This document shows, in pieces, positions 7,808-15,158 of a DNA stretch of 24,000 nucleotides; positions within the stretch are counted from its first letter, which is position 1; the number at the start of each line of letters is the position of its first letter. The DNA lies in the NCBI RefSeq assembly GCF_018336915.1, contig NZ_CP064923.1, positions 5,380,924 through 5,404,923 of the forward strand. Reading direction: 5' to 3'. Source of the stretch: Acaryochloris marina S15. GTDB lineage: Bacteria; Cyanobacteriota; Cyanobacteriia; Thermosynechococcales; Thermosynechococcaceae. Below the pieces are notes generated by a model, which was not told where the DNA came from, did no database searches, and worked only from the letters and a program-made list of their open reading frames with translations. A program made the position numbers and the translations under genes.

Positions 7808-8316
7808 ATTAGCCCCCTAAATCCCCCATTTTGGGGGACTTTGATTGTCGATCAATGCTTTGCTCACTCGCATATCGGATTTGCTGAAGTACATGATCTA
7901 GGTGGTGCATGACGTCTGAGTTATGGAATCGGATCACTCGGTAACCTAGCTGGTTGAGCTGCTCGGTACGGGCTTGATCATACTCCACCTGCTGATTGTG
8001 GATGTCGCCGTCTAGCTCAATCACTAACCGGCATTGGGGACAGTAAAAATCGACAATGAACGAACTAATGGCGTGTTGACAGCGGAATTTCAGGCCGCTG
8101 AGTTGACGTTTTTGCAGTGCTTTCCACAGCTTTTGTTCGGCTGGTGTCAGATTGAGTCTTAGTCGTCGTGCGGCGGCAACGACTGCTGGAGTCGTGCCGC
8201 GAATGCGGTGGTGTTGCGTTGGCTTCTCTCGCATCTTGTTACCCCCAACCCTGTCTCCCATCTAGGATCATCATAAATCTCAAAGTCCCCCAAAATGGGG
8301 GATTTAGGGGGCAAAT
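7808..8316 (-). mobile_element. candidate 509-bp cassette: DUF559 endonuclease gene bounded by 33-37 bp terminal inverted repeats
   Basis: 7812-7844 (GCCCCCTAAATCCCCCATTTTGGGGGACTTTGA) is the exact reverse complement of 8280-8312. Pairing extends to 7808-7844 / 8280-8316 with one mismatch. I could find no target-site duplication, so mobility is only an inference. Confidence 0.35.
7809..8261 (-). CDS. DUF559 / Vsr-like (PD-(D/E)xK fold) endonuclease-domain protein
   Basis: RRLRLNLTPAEQKLWKALQKRQLSGLKFRCQHAISSFIVDFYCPQCRLVIELDGDIHNQQVEYDQARTEQLNQLGYRVIRFHNSDV is the canonical DUF559 pattern. An alternative ATG lies at 8234 (MREKPTQ...). The last 11 codons are encoded by the left inverted-repeat arm. 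Confidence 0.9.
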   Translation of the reverse strand: MGDRVGGNKMREKPTQHHRIRGTTPAVVAAARRLRLNLTPAEQKLWKALQKRQLSGLKFRCQHAISSFIVDFYCPQCRLVIELDGDIHNQQVEYDQARTEQLNQLGYRVIRFHNSDVMHHLDHVLQQIRYASEQSIDRQSKSPKMGDLGG

Positions 8317-8800
8317 TCAGGGTTTAACTAGGCTTCCAAACCAACTTCTCAACCCAGCTCATGATGACGGCAGAGAGTGATAGCTTCAATTGTTGTCCTG
8401 TAACTGAGGGCGCTGCTTTATTGTGTTCTAGCCATCTCCTGAAGGTCTCCCATCGAGGATAATCATAAATCTCAAAGTCCCCCAAAATGGGGGATTTAGG
8501 GGGCAAATTCAGGGTTTAACTAGGCTTTCAAAACAACTTCTCAACCCAGCTCATGATGACGGCAGAGAGTGATAGCTTCAATTGTTGTCCTGTAACTGAG
8601 GGCACTGCCTTATTGTGTTCTAGCCATCTCCTGAAGGTCTCCCATCTAGGATCATCATAAATCTCAAAGTCCCCCAAAATGGGGGATTTAGGGGGCAAAT
8701 GCAGGGTTTAACTAGGCTTTCAAAACAACTTCTCAACCCAGCTCATGATGACGGCAGAGAGTGATGGCTTCAATTTTTATCCTATAACTGAGGGCACTGC
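8253..8800. repeat. tandem array, 192-bp unit x ~2.85 copies, each unit carrying the 33-bp C5/G5 motif
   Basis: Units are 8253-8444, 8445-8636 and 8637-8800 (truncated). The anchor GTCTCCCAT occurs at 8253, 8445 and 8637. Motif copies sit at 8280-8312, 8472-8504 and 8664-8696. Units differ at only a handful of positions. The array ends exactly at the stop codon of the downstream gene (8801). Confidence 0.95.
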
Positions 8801-10009
8801 TCAATCGTATTGAACAACCAATTCCAACCCCTTCGCCCCCCTCAACCGAAACGCATTCAACACAATCGGATCCTTTAACTCCAAATCTGCAGTCGGATCA
8901 TAATCCTCAAAATAAGCCGCAGCAGGCGCATCCCCATCTAAAAACTGAATCACCGCATCTTCCCCAAACCTTTGCTTCGCCACCGTCAAACAATCCTTCA
9001 TCAACAAAGACGGCGTAATCATAGAGCCCACATACGCCTTCGTTTCCTCATCAAACACCCGAATCCCCCGCGCCACCGACTGGGTTTCATGCAGCAAAAA
9101 CGGACCACCCCGCTTATACTCCCCCCGCTCCAACACCGCCTCAATATCCTTCGGCTGGCGAATCACCCCATGGGTATCAATCGTGACCATCGCCACATCT
9201 GGTTGGGCCTCCAGCTGCTCTAGCTCCTTGCGAATTTGCCCCTTAATATCATCCAGTCGCTCATTACTGGTCTTCCCCTCCCCTTCCAGATCACTGAAAT
9301 CCAGATAAGCCGACCGCCCATCGGCATAGGTCACCAACCCCGACAACAGAATATTGGGGGCAGATTGCCCAGAAATCTTGGAAGAACGATAAACAGGCAA
9401 ATCCGTTTTACCCGCATTCTTCGGCAATCGATTGGGATTGAAATAGGCATAGCTAAGGGGAATCGATTCCTTCTTTTTGGTAAAGCCCTTGAACGTCGTG
9501 CCAAAAATCCCCAGCACCTTGCCCCCCGTGCTCTCCACCTCCGCTTTAACCGTCTTATAGCTGTGATCGGGCAATAGGGGCAAAATCACCGTGCCCGGTT
9601 TAGGCTCAAACACAATCGCCGGACCCTGGCCATACCAATTCAGCGGCGTATCCGTTAGCACCGACTTGCCTTCTATATTGGTGCGACCGGGCACGGGATA
9701 GGTTACATATTCTCGACCGTTATTATCAAGGGCGAACTGGGGTTTATTGCCGCGATACTGAAGGGGCGCAACGTCAACGGTTTTGATCACCTTCTTCCAG
9801 TCGAAGTCATAGTCATAAAAAGAAAGCTGAAACACCTTGCTCAAGGGCACAGCAGGCTTAGACGCTAAAGACTCATACTCAATAGGCATTGCTTCTAACC
9901 GAAAGGCATCGGGTTCAGAGGCTTGCTTACGCAAGAGGGTGCAATTCACCAATAGTGTTGAACAACCGATCAGCCCGATCAGTTGAATTGATGGAGCAAT
10001 CTTCACCAT
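8801..10009 (-). CDS. hypothetical lipoprotein, 402 aa, family not recognised
   Basis: N-terminus MVKIAPSIQLIGLIGCST has a signal peptide and a lipobox (LIGC). It lies 23 bp downstream of the rhomboid gene on the same strand, so an operon is likely. The ORF is long and uninterrupted, with strong G-ending codon bias. Confidence 0.7.
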   Translation of the reverse strand: MVKIAPSIQLIGLIGCSTLLVNCTLLRKQASEPDAFRLEAMPIEYESLASKPAVPLSKVFQLSFYDYDFDWKKVIKTVDVAPLQYRGNKPQFALDNNGREYVTYPVPGRTNIEGKSVLTDTPLNWYGQGPAIVFEPKPGTVILPLLPDHSYKTVKAEVESTGGKVLGIFGTTFKGFTKKKESIPLSYAYFNPNRLPKNAGKTDLPVYRSSKISGQSAPNILLSGLVTYADGRSAYLDFSDLEGEGKTSNERLDDIKGQIRKELEQLEAQPDVAMVTIDTHGVIRQPKDIEAVLERGEYKRGGPFLLHETQSVARGIRVFDEETKAYVGSMITPSLLMKDCLTVAKQRFGEDAVIQFLDGDAPAAAYFEDYDPTADLELKDPIVLNAFRLRGAKGLELVVQYD

Positions 10010-10032
10010 AAAAGCAGCTTCACACTCACACG

Positions 10033-10725
10033 TTAACGGCGGGACCGATCGTTATCAAACAGCCCCATCAATGGTCCCAGCAATGCCCCAAACACAAAGC
10101 CGCCAGCATGGGCCCAATAGGCAACCCCTCCCATATTCATGGGGGCATTCAGGCTAGCGACGCTATTAAAAGCCTGCTGGGCAAACCAGAACCCCAAAAA
10201 GAAGACTGCAGGCAGATTGACCGTCCAAAAGAAAAATCCTAGGGGAATCAGGGTCAAGACCTGCGCCTTGGGGAAGCGAATAATATAGGCCCCCATCACC
10301 CCTGCGATCGCACCACTGGCTCCCAAGGAAGGAATATCAGAATTGACGCTAAAAAACCATTGACTGAGGGCAGCTAGAGCACCACAGCTGAGGTAAAATA
10401 CCAAGTATTTTACATGGCCCAGCTGGTCCTCAATATTATTCCCGAACACCCATAAAAACAGCATATTCCCGGCAATATGCAAAATTCCCCCGTGCAGGAA
10501 CTGGGAGGTAAACAGGGTAATCCAAGCCGGATGAGGCAATCCCGTGGGTTGCCCCTGAAAACTAGCGGTCAAGTCTCGGGGAACCACCGCCCATAGGCGA
10601 AAAAAGGCATCTAGCTCTGGCCCTAGGCGCAATTCATGGAGAAAAACGACCACATTCAGGGCAATCAGAACATAGGTAACAAAAGGCGTAATCCGAGTGG
10701 GGTTATTATCGCGTAGGGGTACCAC
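10033..10725 (-). CDS. rhomboid-family intramembrane serine protease
   Basis: Multi-TM protein with FLHGGILHIAGNMLFLWVFG (HxxxN) and the catalytic GASGAIAGVMGAY (GxSG), followed by AHAGGFVFG. Confidence 0.9.
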   Translation of the reverse strand: MVPLRDNNPTRITPFVTYVLIALNVVVFLHELRLGPELDAFFRLWAVVPRDLTASFQGQPTGLPHPAWITLFTSQFLHGGILHIAGNMLFLWVFGNNIEDQLGHVKYLVFYLSCGALAALSQWFFSVNSDIPSLGASGAIAGVMGAYIIRFPKAQVLTLIPLGFFFWTVNLPAVFFLGFWFAQQAFNSVASLNAPMNMGGVAYWAHAGGFVFGALLGPLMGLFDNDRSRR

Positions 10726-10857
10726 AGTTTTTTTTGATCGATTCCACTAAAAGTGCACTATTCTCTACATGGGGCCAAGTCGCTCTCCTGAACTAAGCGA
10801 TGGGTCTGACCAGGATTAGCGATTTCAGGAGCATAGGCTCTAAAAACCGGACAGGGC

Positions 10858-12708
10858 ATGACAGAGCAGGCAGCAGCACAGACACAACCCCTTCAGTTCA
10901 TGTTAGCGGATACCGATCCGATCTTTCGGGTCGGGTTAAAGGCGTGCCTAGAGGCCGTGCCGGATATTCAGATAGTGGCTGAAGCAGAAGATCCCGCCCA
11001 AGTTTTACAGCTGTTCTCGACTCAGCCCGAAGCAGACACCAGCCCAGACGTCGATCCGCAATCCCTGGACTTACTGATTCTCGATATCAGTCGCGTTGCA
11101 GATACCGAAGCGAATGGCCTTCTCTGTCAACAGTTGAAGAGGCGCTATCCCCATCTGGCCCTGTTTGTTTTATCGGCCACCGTCGAACCCGATCAGCTCA
11201 CCAAGCTGTGGCAAGTAGGGGTGGAAGGCTTCTGCCGCAAAGGCAGTGTGGACACCCCCACCTTAATTCAGCAGCTCCGGCGAGCCAGCCAAGGACAGCG
11301 AGTTTGGGATTCAGCCCAGAAGGCCCAGGCCCAGATCGTCCAGCAGCCCGCTGCCACCCCCCAGATAGCCACCCAAAATGTGACGGCCTTTACCCTGTTG
11401 CGGCAAGTGTTTATGCAAACGGGGTTAAAGCAAATTGAACAAACCCTGGAGCAGCTCCAAAGCCGTCGCCAAGGAGAAGCCCTTACCCAATGGCAGCGAA
11501 CCATTAATGAGGGACGAGAGCGGGAACTACAAACCGTGAGCTGGTTGGTGCGCCAGTATATGGAACGCCAAAGTGATGACTCTGATGAAGAGCCTCTAGA
11601 ACCCGAGGAGCCTGCCTTTTCTTGGGCTAATGTCGATCCGTGGGAAACCGATGAGTTAACGGCGGTCCCCTCGCGGATTACCGAAATTAGTGACGGGGGT
11701 GACCTCGCTGCTCAGCCAGAAATCACCACCGTGCTGCTGGATGGGTTACTGGCCAAACTCCCCACCAGCCTCTCCAATCGCACCCAAGATCCCCTAGAAA
11801 TTGATATTCTCAAAGCCCAAAAGCGCCAGGATTTATTTCTGATTGTGCTCAAGCAATTTGAAACCGTAGTTGAGGATTTGAGTTATTCCCAAGTGACGCG
11901 ATCGCAACTCGTATCCAAACGAGCCAAACTTCTGCAAGACCTGTGGCTCGGGTCTACCGCCGACTTTTTTGGCAAGTATTTGACTATCCCCTTATCCTCA
12001 TCTGTAAATACTCAAGGCCTAGAGGATATTGAAATTGTCAGTGTGCTCCAACAAGATCAGGCCATTGTCGAAGCGGAAATTCTCGACAAAATCCCCCTGG
12101 TGACGGAACTGCTGGATCATCTCCTATTTAAAGCCCCTTTACTGGTTGACAATACCCTGTCCGCCGTCGGTTCTCCCGAAGCCATGCTCCAGGCAGAAGC
12201 CCTCTTGAGCAACCTCGTGGTGAGTGTCGCTAATGGCGTGCTGCAGCCGTTGCTCAATCGCTTTGCTACGAATGAAGCGATTAAACAAAGCTTCTACGAC
12301 CGGTCTTTAATTTCTACCCGCGACATCGAGCGGTTTCGCAATGCCCTCTCCAATCACTACCGTTCTCGGCGGTTGTTTAAAGAGCCCACAGAAATTTTTG
12401 AAAGTCAGTATGGATTAATCGTGTTTAGTGAGGCTGGGCTGCAGAAAATCGCCGTCTATGGCTCCCGTGATCAGGAGCTGAAACAGCTCCAAGGGACTCG
12501 ATTTTTCGTCACCTTGGCTTTGGAGGGAAGGGATGCGATCGCACCCCCACTACAGGCCACCTTTACCTTCCTGGGTCGAGGGGTCGTCTATATCCTTACC
12601 CAAGTGGTTGGGCGGGGTTTAGGGTTAATTGGTCGCGGCATCTTGCAAGGGGTCGGCGGCACCTGGCAAGACATTTTCGTCAGCCGTAAAAGCCATCAAG
12701 AAAAATAG
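10858..12708 (+). CDS. receiver-domain protein with large C-terminal DUF3685 (Ycf55-like) region, 616 aa
   Basis: The N-terminus is NarL-type receiver-like: LADTDPIFRVGLKACLEAVPDIQIVAEAEDP, LDLLILDIS, FVLSAT, GFCRKG. The C-terminus ends in a Gly-rich hydrophobic tail (GRGVVYILTQVVGRGLGLIGRGILQGVGG). The DUF3685/Ycf55 assignment is from memory of this architecture. An alternative start ATG lies at 10900. Confidence 0.6.
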   Translation: MTEQAAAQTQPLQFMLADTDPIFRVGLKACLEAVPDIQIVAEAEDPAQVLQLFSTQPEADTSPDVDPQSLDLLILDISRVADTEANGLLCQQLKRRYPHLALFVLSATVEPDQLTKLWQVGVEGFCRKGSVDTPTLIQQLRRASQGQRVWDSAQKAQAQIVQQPAATPQIATQNVTAFTLLRQVFMQTGLKQIEQTLEQLQSRRQGEALTQWQRTINEGRERELQTVSWLVRQYMERQSDDSDEEPLEPEEPAFSWANVDPWETDELTAVPSRITEISDGGDLAAQPEITTVLLDGLLAKLPTSLSNRTQDPLEIDILKAQKRQDLFLIVLKQFETVVEDLSYSQVTRSQLVSKRAKLLQDLWLGSTADFFGKYLTIPLSSSVNTQGLEDIEIVSVLQQDQAIVEAEILDKIPLVTELLDHLLFKAPLLVDNTLSAVGSPEAMLQAEALLSNLVVSVANGVLQPLLNRFATNEAIKQSFYDRSLISTRDIERFRNALSNHYRSRRLFKEPTEIFESQYGLIVFSEAGLQKIAVYGSRDQELKQLQGTRFFVTLALEGRDAIAPPLQATFTFLGRGVVYILTQVVGRGLGLIGRGILQGVGGTWQDIFVSRKSHQEK

Positions 12709-12831
12709 CCTCCGGTCCGTAGATTCACCATCGGGGCTCCCTAAAATTCTCTCGTGATCGGTATATTCACTCTTCTCACTTCCAGAAGCCAATGACTAAG
12801 ATCAAAGCTAAGGATTTGAATAGGTTGAACC

Positions 12832-13605
12832 ATGATGCAAGTAGCCGAGCTACTGGAGCGCTACGCCGCCGGAGAACGAGATTTTTGTGAAATAGAGTTA
12901 AAAAATGCGGACTTAAGCCAGCAAAATTTGTCCGGCTCGACCTTTATTAAGTCCAAGTTCAGCCATATGAATTTGGAGGGCGCTTACTTGTATGGGGTCA
13001 ACTTCAAACATAGCTACATCGCCGATACCAACTTAGCCGGTGCTCTTTTATGTGGTGCCAATCTATGGGGCGTTAATTTTCAGGGTAGTGTCCTCGCCGA
13101 GGCCAACTTAAGTGATGCCTATATCCGAGGCACCTATCTCCTCAAAGCAGATTTGAGTAAAGTCAATTTACAACGGGCCAACTTGCAACGGTCCTATTTA
13201 TGGGGAGCCACCCTCAACCATGCCGATATGCGGGATGCCAATCTCACCGGTGCTAACTTAGATTCTGCAACCTTAATGTTCGCGGATCTCAGCGAAGCGA
13301 ACTGCCAAGATAGCTCCATGAAAGGGGCTAATTTGAGTGGTGCTTGCCTCATTGGTGCTTGTCTAGATCGCGCTAACCTCAGCCACGCCAACTTGAGCAT
13401 GGCAGAACTCAGCGAAGCCCGTATGAAGTTTGCCCAACTGACGGACGCTATTTTCCAGCAGGCCAACTTAAGCAGCACTAATTTGGCCTATGCCCAAGTC
13501 CAGCTACAAAGATTGCAAGACGCCATCTTGTCTCGAACCATCCTGCCGGATCAGCGAGTAGTCAACAATCTCACTCCAGCAATGGCCGTTAGCGTCACCC
13601 ACTAA
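12832..13605 (+). CDS. pentapeptide-repeat protein (cytoplasmic type)
   Basis: About 40 consecutive A(D/N)LxX pentads, for example ANLSDAYIRGTYLLKADLSKVNLQRANLQRSYLWGATLNHADMRDANLTGANL. Confidence 0.9.
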   Translation: MMQVAELLERYAAGERDFCEIELKNADLSQQNLSGSTFIKSKFSHMNLEGAYLYGVNFKHSYIADTNLAGALLCGANLWGVNFQGSVLAEANLSDAYIRGTYLLKADLSKVNLQRANLQRSYLWGATLNHADMRDANLTGANLDSATLMFADLSEANCQDSSMKGANLSGACLIGACLDRANLSHANLSMAELSEARMKFAQLTDAIFQQANLSSTNLAYAQVQLQRLQDAILSRTILPDQRVVNNLTPAMAVSVTH

Positions 13606-14065
13606 TCGCCCCCGTTTGAATCAACTGGCGAATCTCTTGGCGAACTTGCATTAAGATTTTTCCCAACTGGTTATGCCCCTTGCCATCGGCACCACAGCCC
13701 CAATAGGAATCTAAGGGCGAATTTTCGACAATCCGTTCATCCCCCGTGGACAACAGTTCGGCCTGAATCGTCGGATGAGTTAAAAATTTAACGTGCACAG
13801 CAGCATACATAATCTCAGGCTTGATCACATCCCAATTGTCCTGCTCGGCATATAGGGGATTACGCCCTATGGCTGCAGCAGCTTCAGGGGTCGATGTCTG
13901 TCGAATCTCTTCACACAAGGCTTGATGAGGCGTACCTTGGTATTTTTGGGCTTGATAGTAATGTTCTGAGGTGGGCCAGGTCTGTCCTTGCAGGTCAATA
14001 CTATAAAGTGAAAAATTGGAAAAACATCCGTAAGGATCCTGGACTTTGTAGAAGAAAATGGTCAT
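13595..14065 (-). CDS. NADAR (DUF1768, YbiA-like) family protein
   Basis: FFYKVQDPYGCFSNFS...WPTSEHYYQAQKY...IMYAAVHVKFLTHPTIQAELLSTGDERIVENSPLDSYWGCGADGKGHNQLGKILMQVR matches the NADAR pattern. Its 3' end overlaps the convergent pentapeptide gene by 11 nt. Confidence 0.85.
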   Translation of the reverse strand: MTIFFYKVQDPYGCFSNFSLYSIDLQGQTWPTSEHYYQAQKYQGTPHQALCEEIRQTSTPEAAAAIGRNPLYAEQDNWDVIKPEIMYAAVHVKFLTHPTIQAELLSTGDERIVENSPLDSYWGCGADGKGHNQLGKILMQVRQEIRQLIQTGAISG

Positions 14066-14584
14066 CCTCAGCTAATTTACCCGACTATCTATTTCTATGA
14101 TGACAGCAAACCTGACTTAGCAAGAACGTTCTTTTTCCTACAACTGCCAAACTCCACACTGGAAAGGGTGCACTTCTAACGACTGAAATTGCACATCCAT
14201 GAGTCCCTCCTGACTCTGCCCAAGGCTCAGCACATCCAGACGGGCTAGAGCATATTGCCAAAGGGATAGCACCCATCCCGAGCACACAGCTCATGGTCCT
14301 GCTTCAAACCGCTGGTTCCTGTTTTCAGATGATCAACCCATGCTCAACAATGGCCCTGAGCATCTTATGCCCATTTCCGGTGATGCCAGGTTTGCCATCG
14401 CTTTACTCCGTATGGCCCCAACACCAAGCGCTTCAATCCGTTCAGATCGTCATACCTGTAAATTTTTGAAAGATTTAGGTTAAAGCTTCCAAAAAAAGAT
14501 ATTTTTCTGAGGGGTTATACATCTTAAGCCCAATATTTTTCACGATGACGGGTTTGCGAAAAATAATGACGAAAGGATGAGTCA

Positions 14585-15061
14585 ATGCCTACCTCTCGAA
14601 AAATTTCTAGTTCTTTTTTTGCGATTGTTCTCATTTGTTTCTTCTTGCCCTTCATCACGATTTCTTGCGATCGCACCCCGGTATTGGAGTTATCGGGCAT
14701 ACAGATGACAACAGGGACGACGGTGGAAACGCCATCGTTTGCCGGGCCAGCCGAGTCTAAGAAAATCCCTGCAGATGGCAAAGCAATATTCGCGTTTACC
14801 TGTTGTGCAGTGGGATTAGGCAGCAGTCTAATCAAGCAAACCCGTAACAATAAAGTTCTACCAGCTTGTGCAGGTGGATTAGGGGCGTTTTTAATTCTGT
14901 CCATCAAGTCTGGTTTAGATCAAGAGCTGACCAAACAAGGGGCAGGTTATGTGGGGTTCAATGCAGAATATGGCTTGGGTTTTTGGGGAGCCTTTATATT
15001 TTTCCTGGCCGCAGCCCTTTACAATGTCTGGCAAATCGTTAACCCCATCCCCACGGACTAG
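14585..15061 (+). CDS. hypothetical integral membrane protein (about 4 TM segments)
   Basis: Hydrophobic segments FFAIVLICFFLPFITI, IFAFTCCAVGLGSSLI, ACAGGLGAFLILSI and FWGAFIFFLAAALYNVW. An AGGA-type sequence precedes the ATG. The overlapping minus-strand ORF 14524-14907 looks non-coding. Confidence 0.5.
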   Translation: MPTSRKISSSFFAIVLICFFLPFITISCDRTPVLELSGIQMTTGTTVETPSFAGPAESKKIPADGKAIFAFTCCAVGLGSSLIKQTRNNKVLPACAGGLGAFLILSIKSGLDQELTKQGAGYVGFNAEYGLGFWGAFIFFLAAALYNVWQIVNPIPTD

Positions 15062-15158
15062 CCTCCATTTTTAGCTCTCCTATTTTCTATATCCCTGTGC
15101 TACTCAGTTATTAGATAATCATCCAAACACCAGACTTCAACCTATGGGAAAGATCAAC

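Noticed and set aside
8324-8506. A 60-aa ORF (MPPKSPILGDFEIYDYPRWETF...) as a real gene.
   Set aside because: It lies entirely within the tandem repeat and starts with TTG inside the palindromic motif. Equivalent frames in the other units are cut shorter by point differences. It is most likely a by-product of the repeat.
8253-8800. The regularly spaced repeats could have been a CRISPR array.
   Set aside because: Whole 192-bp units are near-identical, so there are no unique spacers. The period is far too long, and no cas genes are present. This is a tandem duplication.
8972-9577. Plus-strand ORFs 8972-9223 and 9236-9577 opposite the lipoprotein gene.
   Set aside because: Their Arg/His/Pro/Gln-rich low-complexity translations are typical of the antisense of a G3-biased gene. 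The minus-strand ORF is three times longer and has a signal peptide and lipobox.
10800-11504. ORFs 10800-10982, 11208-11438 (+) and 11268-11504 (-) around or inside the receiver-protein gene.
   Set aside because: They are alternative or antisense frames with Arg/Pro/Ser/Trp-rich nonsense composition. The 616-aa frame carries the receiver motifs.
13595-14065. NADAR as the antitoxin half of a DarT-like ADP-ribosylation toxin-antitoxin or defence pair.
   Set aside because: No ART-fold or other toxin candidate is adjacent. The neighbours are a convergent pentapeptide gene and a non-coding gap.
14085-14294. A 69-aa minus-strand ORF downstream of the NADAR gene.
   Set aside because: It has no ribosome-binding context, an improbable Cys/Gly/Ser-rich sequence, and no family resemblance.
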